Source: Octopus sinensis (lineage: Eukaryota). From it: 64,000 nucleotides of DNA. The stretch lies in contig NC_043012.1 of NCBI RefSeq assembly GCF_006345805.1, forward strand, positions 28,086,001 to 28,150,000, written 5' to 3'. The notes under the pieces were generated by a model. The model was not told the origin of the DNA. It saw only the letters and a list, made by a program, of their open reading frames with translations, and ran no database searches. Numbering within the stretch: position 1 is the stretch's first letter; every line of letters starts with the position of its first letter. The position numbers and the translations under genes were made by a program. Shown one piece after another: positions 37,385 to 51,954 of this stretch.

Positions 37385-37519
37385 TATAGATGATCATATG
37401 TGTGCGTATGTATGTGCTGGAAGAGGTACCCAAAAGTATCAGGAAACGTTCTCTGTGGAACAAGCCAGTTGTAGCTCAGGTTTCCGTTGCTAGAAGCCAC
37501 TCAAGCATCAGTTTGTATT

Positions 37520-38941
37520 ATATAATCTCTCTATATATAAAACTGCGAATGTGTATCTGTCTGTCAGTCTGTTTCTCTAAAACTTGAGAACTACTCAACC
37601 AATTTCATTCAAATTTTACACATGCCTTACTTAGGGTCCGGGGAGTGTCATTTGCAAAAAATTTTAACTTTTTGCTTAGGGCGAGCCCACAGCAATATCA
37701 TATCTTCTCCACTACGATTCCCTAAAACTTGAGAACTACACAACCAATTTCATTCAAACTTTACACATGCCTTACTTAGGGTCCATGTAGTTTCATGGGC
37801 AAAAAATGTTCAACTTCTTGCCTAGGGCGAGCCCATAGCAATATCATATCTTCTCCACTATTTCAGTATTACGTGTTATTTTATGTCAGATACTTTCATT
37901 TTAACATTAAAAATTAGAGATAATAATAACCATTGAATTATATGTAGTAAGTAATAATTAAAATCAAACTAAAGTATAATATAATCGTAACATAACAAAA
38001 GTAAAAATAGCAATTTGTATAAAATTGCATCAATGACTTGAACTTGAATAAGTGGTTTCACATGAATGGGAATAAATTAAAAATAAAATTAGTTGCATTT
38101 GTTAAATAATTGTAAACTGTAACCCTGCCCCATTTGGGAGAAGGAGCTTTGGTTATTGTTTAAAAATTGAATTGTGTCCCTGTTTGGGGAAATTGACAAT
38201 ATTTTCACCGTTTATACGGAAGCATTTTTGTTAGAATGCCTTCGATAGAAGAAAGTTCAAAAATGAATTTCGCTAGCCGTCGGCGGGCGCGAACTCATTA
38301 AAATTAAAATGGAAGAAGTACAAACCTATTTCGGATTGATCACCGACAAAGTCAGTGAATCTAGGATAACACCACCAAACGAAATAAAAAATTAAATTAA
38401 AGAAAAGACTATTGTCTATAAAGTATACAATGTAGAGAGAAAAAAAGATTTGAACACCTGGAGGAAAGCACCTTCGAAAAGTGTCTTGGTGCGACTATGA
38501 AAGATATCTAACCAGAGGCGGTAAATTTGCCACAACAGAAGCAAGGTTCGAGTCAACGGAGCGTGCAAGGGAGTACTCGACTCGAACCTTGCAAAGTGGA
38601 AATAATTTATTTTTACCTTTATATCTGGGACGTAGGACGTCCTGGATAAAAATTTAAAATGTTCCCCCAGAAGTAGAGGTAGGCTGGATTGTAGCCACAC
38701 TTCTATACAAGAGGGAGGACAAGATACAATTGATCGAAATTGCAAGAGACGGGCCTACAATTCCAGTCTGTTATGTATTTTGAGTATTGTTATCACTAGC
38801 GATATCAAGATATAACTTTGTATTTTGTATTTTATGTGTAGATGTATATATATAGATGTACATGTAATATGTACACATATATATACACATATATACATGC
38901 ACTAGCACTATGACCCGGCAACGACGGGTCATAATGCTAGT
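37520..38941 (+). mobile_element. Non-autonomous Helitron-like element with internal ~150-bp duplication
   Basis: 5' tctctctatatataaaactg; repeated ctaaaacttgagaactac...tacacatgccttacttagggtcc units; 3' hairpin followed by CTAG at 38901-38941. Confidence 0.6.
38440..38760 (+). mobile_element. Second L1/Tx1-like ORF1 fragment
   Basis: YLTRGGKFAT...LPLYLGRRTSWIKI*NVP..EVGWIVATLL aligns by eye to YMTRGCQYGT...LTYLGRRTFKTRVEGIPP..VAWVAAAVL at 20.6-20.8 kb. Confidence 0.55.
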
Positions 38942-39044
38942 TATATAATATATATATAAATGAATATTATATATAAATATGTAATGTGTATAAATATATA
39001 GTATATATACCTATATAATATATATAAACATATACCTAAACTGC

Positions 39045-40110
39045 TAAAAATTTCCAATGTTAGAATCCGTGCTAAACTGCTGCACTGGATCAAGTATTTC
39101 CTGGTGAATAGAACCAAACAAGTTGTGATCGATAGAATTTACTCAAGTCCAGCAAAAGACACTCGTGGTGTTCCCCAGGAGGCCGGTTTGTGTTCACTTC
39201 TCTTCCTAGTCAGTATAAACAATATCTCTGTATCATAAAAATATTTGCAGATGACTCCAAGTTCTAAATTCTTTTCCAAGGAGCAGACCGAACAAAACTC
39301 CTGCCTGATCTACATGTTGTAAGTGAATGAGCGGACAGAAACAATATGCTGTCAAATGTGGAGAAATTTGAACACATGCAGTCTAGGAAAGCATATGCGT
39401 TCAATCAGTAATAGTCTCTTCCTTCAGGAAAACCACTCACAGCCTGAGTGACGTCGGAGAGATTTCGGAGTGGAGTAACTGTTGACAAAATTCTCAGCTG
39501 GAATATTCACGTCAACTAGAAAGTCGATGTGACTCGGTCGATGAGCTCCTGGATCCTTAGAAAATTTCCGGATTAGAGAGCAGATGTCTCCATTCCCATT
39601 TTCTTCTCCTTTGTACAGCCACATCTAAAATAGTACTGCTCCCTTGTGCAAAACAAAATATTACGAGAATTGAATCACTTCAGAGATCAATCACAAAATA
39701 CATGAATAAATGCATGAGTGATCTAGGTTATTCTCCAACGCCACCATGAATATTGCACCATTTGCAGAATGTGGAGAATAAACCACCACGATTGCCCAGG
39801 CGACCTTAACATCAAATTCAGAATTCATTCAAATCTGGGAATCCATGCCATACAATACTACATAACTCAGGTTCACTGCCGCGCAATTTATTTTTCCTCA
39901 AAGGCTTTGTTTCATTTACATTGTACCAAAACAGATCAAAGAAAAAAGGAAGATCCTATTACCTTCAAACGATAGGTGGAAAAATTTCTTCAAGAGATGT
40001 CGAACAAATCTGGATACATCTCAGTTAGCCACAACTCCCTACTTAACATAGAAATGACATAACAGAATTTATCAGGTGGTGCTATTAGGTCAGCCATGGC
40101 CTGGGTCACT
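39045..40110 (+). mobile_element. CR1-like LINE 3' fragment, degenerate
   Basis: KLLHWIKYFLVNRTKQVV...RGVPQEAGLCSLLFL...IFADDSK; later LYKAIVRPHLEY-like remnant; tail ggtggtgctattaggtcagccatggcc. Confidence 0.75.
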
Positions 40111-40819
40111 TTTGACCGAAACATATATAAGGTCGATAAATATAAAATATATGTATGTTATAACTATGTAAGGAGGTGTGTGTGTGTGTAAGCACAGACA
40201 TAGTTGCGTGTTTAAAAATGTTCAGAGGCACGTAGGTACGATTTAGTGTCATGGGTGCATGTCTCATTGCAAGCCTCTTCTCGACTAATCCCTTGTGAGT
40301 GAATTGTATGCATTCAGTACATGTATGTGTGGCGCAACATGGCTGGACTGAAACAAATAAGAGAATAGTTTTATGCTCCGCTACGCCATTGCAGCCACCA
40401 GAAAATAACACAAAGCGTATACATTAATGTATGTATTTAAGAATATTTGTTATACTGGAGCTACTTTTACTTCATTTGTAAATTTACTCTTAGGTATGCA
40501 ATTTCCGGGCATACCAACTTATGATTTTACAAGCCATGAGCATATAAGTCGTTGGACTGGCCAGCTGACTCGCCTTCAACCCAGACGTGTAGGTGGTTTT
40601 GATAAGCCAAAAAATCAATGTCCATCACTCCCAAAAGGGATTGAGGGTGAGTTATCTCGCCTGTTCATGGCGCTATATATATACACATATACACATATAT
40701 ATATATATACACATACACACATACATACGTCTACATAACAGCCCACTAACTATTCTATTAGTATATATATGTAAAAACTGTGGGTGTAGGGGTATGGCTA
40801 CCAACTATGTATGTATCCT

Positions 40820-40985
40820 ATTTAATACTGGAGATGTTTTATTTATGAGGAGGTACTCCTGTATTTGTCTGAGTGTTGGGTTTTTCGGGTGCTTGAATAA
40901 AATGCGGACCCAGGTTGACACAGGTTGCCTTCATGTTGGTCTTTGGCATGCTGGTAGAGTATGGAGGACTGTTTTTGTCGTCATA
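40820..40985 (-). mobile_element. Small PLE GIY-YIG C-terminal fragment related to PLE 1
   Basis: QSSILYQHAKDQHEG / RILFKHPKNPTLRQIQEYLLINKTSPVLNR resembles SSVLYQHAEQEHGG / KILSTHRSDATIRQITEATHIIENKPSLNR. Confidence 0.65.
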
Positions 40986-42239
40986 TATATATATATATAT
41001 ATAAAGAGTTTGTATGTGTGTGTGTTCCTTATGAATTCCAAAACCGAGTTGCCAATTTTGACGTATGGAGTATCAAAAGATTCAGTAGGCTTTTGGCTAC
41101 CAAATAAACTATATTTTCACTCACATATTTGCATTACAAAAATTTAGCATTGTCATTTTTCTTTTAGTCACCTACCGTAAATATTTTATATCACCACCAC
41201 AACGACAATGACGTCACATTTTCTATATGAGTGTATTCGTGCGTTTGTTACTTACGTTAGGCCGATGACTGACAAGTATATGTGTCTGTCAGTATACAAA
41301 CATTTTTGTGACGACTGACACAGAGAGGGACAGAGACAGGCTTCAGGTGTGCGTTAGTGTATGTGTGTCTTAGTTTATGTATGTAACTCCCCCAACTGTG
41401 AAACGCGCCGATATTGAAAGTTTAGTTGCGGCCTCGACTTTAAACGAACAACAACGTTCACTTTCACGTACTACCAACATGAAGTGAATTAACACCACTC
41501 ACAATACTCGCAAATATATCTGAGAAAATGTTATTCTGCTTATAACAAATTCGGGAACTTGGCGAAGTAGAAAGCCTCAGCGGCCCTTTCCATATAGTTA
41601 CAGTAACGTTATTCCACTCCTAACCAGTTTCAAGATAATGTTTTTGTAACAGTCCTTGAATTCTTCATTACTGTGCGTATCAATGCCACACAACTTTTTT
41701 ACAGCGTTAGTCAGTATTTATTCTACAGCCTGTAACGTTACACAATTAAACAAAATATGTAGTAATGTCAAATTAATTTATATCTTGCTACATACATCCT
41801 TCAGCAAATATTTTAAATTAACGTTCACAACAACTGCATCTTCCTTTCTATACACTTGATTTAGCGTTCGTTTCAAAACTGTAAAATAAATTATTTTTGT
41901 ATGAAAAATTGAATTATGCCTTCTGAATTTTCTTGGACTTTCACTTTCTTCCCCGTGACATTCATTCATTCGTAATTTTTATACCATTTAGTACATCTTC
42001 CAAATGTTGACTTTGTGTACTTTCTTACATTGGTGACGCATACTAACGTTTGTTAAGTTGGTGACTTTCCATATTTTTATAGCATAACTATGCCACAGAA
42101 GGTATGTTTTGCACATATATTGACTACATTTAGTCGCGTTTGAACTTCGTATGTGTACATTTTGCTGTTTTCAATATTATCAATTTTATGAGTGTGTGTA
42201 TGTGTGTGTTTCTGCGCTCGTTACGTCTCTAGTAAACTA

Positions 42240-42530
42240 TAGTAAAGGAAGTTTACGCTGTTTTAATGAGCCCACATCTAATGAAGTAGCCATCCTTATG
42301 GATGGTGATCCCATTGAAAATCATGATATTCTCATTCGTGTCCGAGATAACCTTAAACGTGTTTCACAGACTCATCCCTCTTATGATGCTCTCCAGTACA
42401 CTCTTGTTCTGTGGAATGGACAAGATGGGTATCATTTCAATATTCCACGGGTTGAAACTGCCACAAACAAAAAGGTGCCGTCAAATGACTTCTATCCTTA
42501 GAAACTGACGTTAAAGACCAGAACAATCGA
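42240..42530 (+). mobile_element. Helitron Rep N-terminal fragment
   Basis: FNEPTSNEVAILMDGD...DILIR...RVSQTHPSYDALQY.L...GQDGYHFNI...KKVPSNDFY. Confidence 0.85.
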
Positions 42531-43064
42531 ATCAATTATCCTTGCCAAATAAACTTTATTTTCATTTACATATTTTCTACGTTATCGCAACAACCAGTTA
42601 TAGTTATTTCAAATACACTTCTCTACAACGACCAGGTTTCATTACGAAAAGGAAAATAGTTTCACACTTTCAATATGAACCAAAATTACGAAGTGTTGCA
42701 TTATGAGAATAACGTCACATATGTATTATAATAAAGAAAACTACTTATTATCTATCAGCCAAATAAACTGTTTTTGACTCAACAACTCTCTTTTACAACT
42801 AATATAACCTCGGCAACTACGTTGGGTCGCACGATTTTCAGGCCATATTAGGACAATATTTTAATTTACTTCCAACGTTTCACTTTCATCCGAAGTTTAT
42901 GTAACTTTTCCATAATTTTTCCATATTTAAAACCATGTGTGGCTTAATGATATATATATATATATATATATAGTGTGGTGTGAATTTATGGAAAGGAATC
43001 CCATTAACAAATTTGTTAAAAATTGTGAAGAGAAGATGTTAAAATGTTAGAGAATTTTAATTCA

Positions 43065-43184
43065 TGCAATCTATCGTATCGAACAGCGATATAAAAAATC
43101 ATGCGATATGAAAATCATATTTGAATAAAAATGATTAAATTAATTAAATTAATTTAATTATATATCACTGTACTCATCAGTGCA
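43065..43184 (-). ncRNA. Hammerhead motif in the left arm of PLE 2 (GAAA mutated to GATA)
   Basis: Reverse complement TGCA-CTGATGA-GTACAGTGATATA...TATATCGCTGTTC-GATAC. Confidence 0.5.
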
Positions 43185-45713
43185 AGAAGTATAAACAAAT
43201 TTTTTACAAAGGATTTGATAAAGGAAATAGCAGAGTAGAATTTTGGAGATTCATATTTATCCTTATGAGACAGAAAGAAGAGGTGTGAGTCCGGTTAGGT
43301 ATTAACTGAAACTAAAGGCTATAACGGTTATTTGAAAATATAAATGAAAGAGGTTTTAGAGACGTTCCCTCTAAAGATGAGTAAGGAGATTAGTAATTCA
43401 TACTCCAAATAAGTCGTATAGAGTAAAGGTTGTATAGAAATGTCCAGTGGAAAGGAATAGCTCTATATAAATTGAGATATAACCTTACAGAAACAATACT
43501 AAGTGTGGTGTATATTTAAAAAAAATATACGTGAGAATGATGTTAATCTAGAGGAGATAGTGTATAAAGGGCTGCTGTATTGTTAACGTAAACAAGTATT
43601 ATAGGGGTAGAAAGAGTTAAAGAGAGAATAAGCTGCGTAAAATGAACTTGTGTTTGCATAAGAACTAATTCGCTTGTATATATTAAACAAAAGATAACAA
43701 CTCTGTGAACTTCATAGACTTTAACTTCAATCTTGATACTTCCTCCCATCAGCCTTACCATGAGCATAACAACAATATCACATACATAAACACCCAAAGT
43801 AACTATCCTTATAACATTATAGAAAACCTGACCACTAACATAGAAAGAAGAATTAATCTATTATCATCTAATGAAGAAACATTTTACAAAGTCTACTATA
43901 ACCTAGCACTTAAGAAGGCAGGATATAAATAAGAAATTAATAAAAACGATAGCATCAATACTAATAATACTCAACTTTATCTTGAAATTAACAACATACA
44001 TAATATTAGTAAACCTAAGTCCCATGATGAGTTAGTACATTCCGAAAAACATTTAAAAAGAAACTCCCGTTAAGAGTCATCAACACAACTTTAGCAAAAG
44101 ACACGGAAATCACAACTACAATAAACATACTAATAAACTTAATACGAGCACCATAACCATAACCTTAGCAAAGGAAAAAAAATAATATAAATTTTAGCAA
44201 TTCCCACCTTACTAACTACACTAATACTAACATTAATAAACTCAAAATACTGACAACAAACACCAAAAATGCTTAATTATATATAAAAATAGGAAAATTA
44301 AGACAATAAACAAAAAAATGAAAGTAATCTAATCTCACCTAATCTCTCCGCTAATACATATAACCATAGAACTAAAATGAGTATAGATAAGAATAGAATA
44401 GCAAAAAGAAAACAATACAATGTGTGAGAATAACTGACCCCGCCATCAAAACACAACCCATCATTCCAATAAAGAAAAACAGCCACAACACTACTTAGAT
44501 CATAATACCTTTTGACAAACATCTAAAATCTATCTTTATTAGATCCATTAGAATGATAATTGAGAAAAACTAAAAGCTCCAAATATGCAAAAATATTTAA
44601 TAATAAAAAATTAGATTTGGATTTTCAGTCTCTCCAAATCTCTTTAGGATAATCTCTTCTTTTAACAATAAGAAACTGGATCTATTCTATAATAATAAAA
44701 AAAACTTCGTTAAATGTACCTAGTACCTCCAATTATCCTATAATTAACAACTACTATTATAACAACCAAAACTCCACTGTCCCTAATAAATATAGACATA
44801 ACACCAACCAATAATTTAAATTGTAATTGTAGAGAATCAAATGCTCGTGAAGTAGATAGAAATTGCAAAATGAAAGAAGTTGTATATCAAACAACCATTA
44901 TTACTCAGAACACCTCTAAATATACATACATCGGTTGCACGAAAAGTTCTCTTAAATCGCGAATTTGTAACCATAGATCTTCTTTTAGGGACTCTAGAAA
45001 AGAGAATAGCACAAGTCTATCTAAAAAAAAATTGGCACCTCAAAAGAAACAATATTGATTTCTCAGTTTCTTGGAAAATCCCATCTTACAGATATAATAA
45101 AATTTGTAGGTTATGCTTGGAAGAAAGCTATAACATAATGAAAATGAATGGAAATCTGGTTAACACTAGGGATAAAAGAGTTTATTCATGATCAAATTCC
45201 TTTTTTCAATCTTAAATAATTCTTCCCCCCCCCCTGCTTAGACTTGTTTTTGTTTATTTTTTCTAAAAATATTTCTATAAATTATCTTTTTCTATGGAAT
45301 ACAATTATTCATCACATCATCTTCACGTCACTATTTTTTACACTATCTTGATATATTTTTTATTTAACTTCTAACAATTGCATGACCCGCCATATATTGG
45401 GCTAACACTTTATCCACCTCTCCCTACACCTCCCTTTCTCTATATATCTGTTTTTTTAATAAAATAATATCTTTCTTTAGTATATAATATACCTATATTT
45501 TTTGTAATTTGATTTATTCTATCTGCATAATGTACCCTAAAAAGCCCCCTCAACATACTCATTTAATTAATACTGTTGTATGTTACTTGTCACTTTACTT
45601 GATGATTAAATATATCTTACTGCTGATATATGCAAACATATATAGTACTACGTGACTACGACCATGTGTGCATATCTAGATTTCGATCTTATATGTCATT
45701 GTGTGCGCATACC

Positions 45714-45825
<112 letters not shown>

Positions 45826-47039
45826 GTGTGTGGTTATTTACTATATGTTGCCACTAATATGTATTTTTAATATGAACGTGGGCACAAATAACTATGTTCC
45901 ACATATACACACACATATATATGCTGCTATTTTTATGCATGTACTTATATCTATTTGCGTGTGCCTTTTCTCTCTTTGCACCGGTATGAGTATATATATT
46001 TTTTACGGTGTTCCTTCCTTTATGTATAACCTAATAAAAGAAAAACAATTAGAATTCCTATATCTATATATACTAATGTGCAGATATACCTCTACTCACG
46101 TATAAGTAAATATACTAACAATTTTTTTCCTTATATGATTTTTATATGACATGATATTTAAATGATTTTGTATATTTATGTGCACCCCCATAGTCGTAAT
46201 TTTTCGTATATCCATAATGCACAATACTCTTCTATTACCGGAATATTAATCAATTACTAACCTAATACCACACTATATATCTCTCTCACATTATGCTAAG
46301 CTAGTTCCTTAACCCATAATTTTATTTATTCTTAAACATAGTTACTATATTACCTTACATTTCAATACATATAATTTAAAACCTCCATTTTTCTATTTTT
46401 CTATTTTTCATTCCCAGCTCCCCTACATTGTTATTTTTCAGTATCTCTACTTCCGATACTAATAAACCTCTGAGCTCTCTTTTTTCATCTTTATAGCAAG
46501 TATTTACTATCTAAATTGTAATATTAACAACTATTTTTCTGTTTTTACTTATTTTTCAACCTTACATTTAATACATATATGCAAACACAAGTCCATGTTG
46601 CGCAGCTTATTCTCTCTTTAACTCTTTCTACCCCTATAATACTTGTTTACGTTAACAATACAGCAGCCCTTTATACACTATCTCCTCTAGATTAATTTCA
46701 TTCTCATGTATAATTTTTTAAAAAATATACACCACACTTAGTATTGTTTCTAACTGTAAGGTTATATCTCAATTTATATAGAGCTATTCCTTTCCACTGG
46801 ACATTTCTATACAACCTTTACCCTATGCGACTTATTTGGAGTATGAATTACTAGTATCCTTACTCATCTTTAGAGGGAACGTCTCTAAAACCTCTTTCAT
46901 TTATATTTTCAAATAACCGTTATAGCCTTTAGTTTCAGTTAATACCTAACAGGACTCACACCTCTTCTTTCTGTCTCATAAGGATAAAAATGTATCTTCA
47001 AATGTATCAAGTCCTTTGTAAAAAAATGTTTATACTTCT

Positions 47040-47152
47040 TGCACTGATGAGTAGAGTGATATATAATTAAATTAATTTAATTAATTTAGTTATTTCTATT
47101 CAACCATAAATTTGCATGATTTTTATATCGCTGTTCGAAACGATTGTTTGCA
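47040..47152 (+). ncRNA. Type-I hammerhead motif with long helix II in the right arm of PLE 2
   Basis: Helix I TGCA/TGCA; CTGATGA at 47044-47050; 13-position helix II with two mismatches and an AT-rich loop; GAAAC-GATT-GTT. Confidence 0.6.
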
Positions 47153-48355
47153 TGAATTAGAATTCTCTTACGTTTTAACATCTTCTCTTCACTGTTGAGT
47201 TTTATAGGATTCCTTTCCATAAATTCAAAGCACACCATATACAAGTATTATTTTCATATTCGCAATTTTACGCCAGTAAGATACCAGCGAAATATGAAGA
47301 ATCTATATTAGAAATTTTTTTGGGGATCCTCCAAATTAAAGGGCGATATTTAATTCAAACTTTTTACACACACACATTTGGAAATAGCGATAGCTGGAAA
47401 AGTAACGAACTGAACAAATTGAATAATAGAAGAAATGCGAAAAAACGCGAAAGGCAGCATATAGAAAACGCAGAAAGTAAAAAAAATAATAACAGAAAAC
47501 AAAAAACGGAAAGCGAAAACACAAAAAGCTAAAATGCAAAAAGTAAAAAGGTAGAGAGTTAGGGATCTTAGATCAGACCAAGATCCGTGCTCTTTTCGCA
47601 AAAACAAATCCTACATTTGTTCGAACCAGTTTACATAAGGTATGGGTTTCTCAACTACTTTCCACTTAATTATATGTGACCTTTCGTTGTATTTCAAATA
47701 CCACACGTAGCAAGCCAACTTAGTAGCTTTATTTTGTGGATGTGGAGTGAGTGAGAGGACGATCTTGGAGAAAGCTGCACGGAACACATAGACGTCCTAT
47801 GAGGTACAACTTGTGCCTGATCGAAAAGTTTTTCATCATGTTCCAGGATAAATATGCATTGAGCCAAAGATGGGAGCTTTTGAATTCCTGCATTTCAGAC
47901 GCGGTATAAAATGTCTCATAAAATATCATACGGATAATAATATTTGACTTTCGTATTTGATTTTGGCTTTCCCACCTAAAATCAGGCATCATTTTGTATA
48001 ATATCGCCTTTACATTTTAAATTTTATGACCTCCAAGAAAACCTTCGACTGTTTACAATCTTTGGTTATTCTATTTTTATTTTATTTTCATTGCCCTTTT
48101 GTAACCGTTACTTTTAAATGCACCTTTTTTGAGCCATTTGCTTTTTTTTTTACAATGCAATTTAGCCCATTATATACCTAACAATTTTGGTTTTTACTGT
48201 ACATCTTAAAACCCTTTTACGATTGCCTAATATGTGGCGTATAGATATTGCCTATTTACAGTCGACCAAAATGTGTCTTTTAGAGACATCGAACACCAAA
48301 ATGGATTTGTTTTATTTTATTTATTTATTTATCTATTTATTTATTTATTTATTTA

Positions 48356-48486
<131 letters not shown>

Positions 48487-48811
48487 GTTCTCACTTAATT
48501 ACTTCCGTTGCATTTATTTATTTATCTATCATTTTTTAAAATCATTGATTGTAATGCCAATGGTGATGACAGAGCTTTAATGAACTTAGTAAATGTTTCG
48601 ACAGTTTTCTCACTGAAATTTCGCCGAGGTCAAAATTTATATTAAATTATATTATTACACTATAAATTTAATTATATTATTGGTTTTTCAATCCACAATT
48701 TGAAGTTACTCTATTCTAATATGCAATATACCGTACAAATAGTTTTAAATATACTCGTGTGCGTATATACGTTTGTTCACGTTTATATATGTTATGTATA
48801 TATATGTTATG

Positions 48812-48865
<54 letters not shown>

Positions 48866-48937
48866 ATATATATATAATATATATATATATATTAAATTTC
48901 TAAATATCTCATAGAGATATGTACTGTGGTGGAGCGA

Positions 48938-49053
48938 TAGAGTGGTTGTATACTGTCAACTTAACGTGACAGTCCTGTAAGGGAATTACACCACTGCTGT
49001 TTAGCCCTAGGAAGCATCGACGCTTCCTGTCGGCCTTGACACATTTCCTGTGT

Positions 49054-49058
<5 letters not shown>
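48938..49058. repeat. Second copy of the three-hairpin element
   Basis: CTGTCA/TGACAG, AGGAAGC/GCTTCCT, GACACA/TGTGTC. Confidence 0.75.
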
Positions 49059-49134
<76 letters not shown>

Positions 49135-49552
49135 CTGTGTTTGTGTGCGTAGTTACATATATATATATATATTCGTATTTATATTTTGCCTGTGTATGTG
49201 TGTCTGTGTAAGTACGTTTATGTTTTTAGTGTGTATATGTATAAGTACAATGTCTTTAGTTTTAGGCCGTTTGATATAAGTGAATATTATATTAATACAT
49301 ACTTACATTAATTCATTTTTTAATTAAACTTAATTTATTATTAATTAATCTATTCTGAGTATTTAACTACAGTCATTATTGAAACTTCGACTTTTGATTT
49401 AAGGTTTTCTTCGATATAATACGATTTTAAACCTATTATCATAATACGATTTTAAACCTATTATCATTGATTAGAAAAAAAAAACCGTTAGTCGAAAGGA
49501 CTAATGAAAAGAAACCAATTTCAAATGTGTATCTCAATGTAAATATTTTATC

Positions 49553-50063
49553 ACATGGAAAAATGCGAGCATGAAAAGTCATATTCTTAAGATTATAAAC
49601 CTGGAATAAGTACAGGACAAGTTATTACACCTGTTAAAGTATAGGACAAGCTATTACTTCTAATAAAGTAAAGAATAAGAAACTTTTTACTTAAAATATT
49701 GCAGCAAAGAATGTCAGTTCTTCTAATTTATCACTCTTTACAGTTCTCATCTTTTAAATTTATTGTACAAAGCTGTTCAGCTAATTTGTAAGTTTGTCTA
49801 ATCACTCACTTTTTCCTGTATTTAATGTAGTAAAGTAGCAAAAATCTGCTTAAATAAGTATAGTGTTATTTGTAAACTATAATAAAATAAGTTTTAATAT
49901 TCAAATTTTAATTTTAGCTGCAATATTTTAAGTAAAATGTTTCTTATTCTTTACTAGAAGTAGTAGTTTGTCCTATACTTTTACAGGTGTAATAACTTGC
50001 CCTTTACTTTTCAAGGTTTATAATCTTAAGAATATGACTTTTCATGCTCGCATTTTTCCATGT
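49553..50063. mobile_element. Foldback/MITE-like element with ~150-bp terminal inverted repeats
   Basis: acatggaaaaatgcgagcatgaaaagtcatattcttaagattataaacc... (49553-49705) is inverted at 49917-50063; no TSD recognised. Confidence 0.75.
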
Positions 50064-51019
50064 AATCCATGATTTTTCCAGAAATTGCTCGATAATTAAT
50101 AATGTGTCAATTAATAATTTAAGATTTTACCTTATAAAATACTGAAAGATAATATTTTAATTTTTAATGTTTAATTTGAATATATGTTGTGACTGAATTA
50201 CTTGATATTATCCATCCACACTAAATTAATGGCAGGGGGTTTTACCATGTTGTTGGTTGTGCCATGGCTCACCAAAAGTTACAAACAACAAGACCCCAAA
50301 ATTTTCAGTTACCAGGCTCACCTTAAGTAACCTAATTTTGCAATATTAGGAGGTCTCAGGAATTCATTCAACGAAAAAAAAATATTTTTCAATGACTCCG
50401 GGATTGTGTGGGGGGGACTTCCACGTCATTTTTTCCGAATCAAAATAAGGGATTTGCAGCATATTAGGAGGTTAGAGTACGTGATTCCACACAAAAAATC
50501 ATTTTTTTTTGTTAGTGAAAATCGTGCGGGTGTTAATATAGAAATTGACCATAATGTTGTTATTTAGCCTCAAATCAACCCTGATACTGCAAACCTATAT
50601 TCAAAGACATTCCAGCCTTCAGGAAACTGTCTTTTTAGGGATAATATAGGATATTACATACAATGGACATGTGATTTAGGTAGGGGATACTTTGGTTGCT
50701 ATTTTTAGCATGTCGAGCGACCATGTAGAAGCTCTTTCATTGGTTCGATTGCGTGATGAAATTTCTTTTACACATATATGTAATATGTATATATATCATC
50801 GGCAGAAGTTATAGAGTAAGTCAAAAGATGAGAGTTTCTTGTATTGGCACTTATCAAACACGAATTTGTCCATTGTCACTGCAACTTCTGACGAAATAAC
50901 TTCTAAAATACAAAATTTTGTCAAAAACGTTAAGAATAACCCCTGTTTTATGTGACATATTCTACCAGTATCGGAAGTTTGAAAGTGTTTAGTTAAAAAA
51001 AATTAATTAAATAATCTGT

Positions 51020-51310
51020 ACGTCAAAGTCGACCTCGGCGAAATTCAAACTCAAAACATAAAGACAGACGAAATACCTATTTCTTTACTACCCACAAGGA
51101 GCTAAACACAGAGAGGACAAACAAGGACAGACAAACGGATTAAGTCAATTATATCGACCCCCGTGCGTAACTGGTACTTGTTTAATTGACCCTGAAAGGA
51201 TGAAAGGCAAAGTCGATCTTGGCGGAATTTGAACTCAGAACGTAGCAGTAGACGAAATACCGCTAAGCATTTCGCCCGGCGTGCTAACGTTTCTGCCAGC
51301 TCGCCGCCGC
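51020..51310 (-). mobile_element. SINE family 1 with a partial second internal unit
   Basis: Head at 51290-51310; two B-box segments (51040-51052, 51225-51237). Confidence 0.88.
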
Positions 51311-51796
51311 AGAATGTAAGCATTCATTTTAGAAATATATTCTTTATTCTTATTGCATAAGCGTTACATCTTACTTCCTTACTTACTGACATTAAATTTC
51401 ATAACATTTTACCTCATAACTGTTTTTCTACTAATTTTTGTTCAATGCCACTAACGATTCTGAATTCCTCATGCGTTTTTCTATAATTTAGCCTAAGAAA
51501 AGTATACTTTTAATTTAAAATTAAAGAATTTATGTTAATTAAACATGAATGTCTGCCTTACTGCCCACTTGAGGTCTGACATATTTTGATGTAACTTTTT
51601 TCCTACTGAGCCAGATCTCAAACTATTTATGCCAAAGTGTACTGAGGAGGTGTCCTCATTAAAACTTAACAGTTTGCAATTTAGTTGAGAACTGAATTTG
51701 TGGTGAAGCTTGGAAGCTGCTGCGATTGACGAAATGGTGGACTTAAGAATATATATAACCACTACGAACTTTATTTTGTTCCATTCCAAATCTAAA

Positions 51797-51833
51797 CTGT
51801 CCGACGAATGGGAACGGTGAAACTGAGTAGCAG
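51797..51833 (+). ncRNA. Minimal hammerhead motif (U4 replaced by C)
   Basis: CTGT-CCGACGA-ATG-GGAA-CGGT-GAAAC-TGA-GTA-GCAG. Confidence 0.55.
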
Positions 51834-51903
51834 GTTTTTGTGATATTATTTTTGTGATCTTTTTGCTGCTTTGATAAGAATAAAGTATACACGCGCGCGC
51901 ACA

Positions 51904-51953
<50 letters not shown>

Positions 51954-51954
51954 G

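Noticed and set aside
41650-41900. Cys-rich minus-strand stretch as a piggyBac C-terminal domain
   Set aside because: Multiple stops, spacing does not fit well, and no TTAA/TIR or transposase core was seen
47729-47992. 87-aa minus-strand ORF in non-repetitive-looking sequence
   Set aside because: No motif recognised in any frame; cannot be supported without a database search
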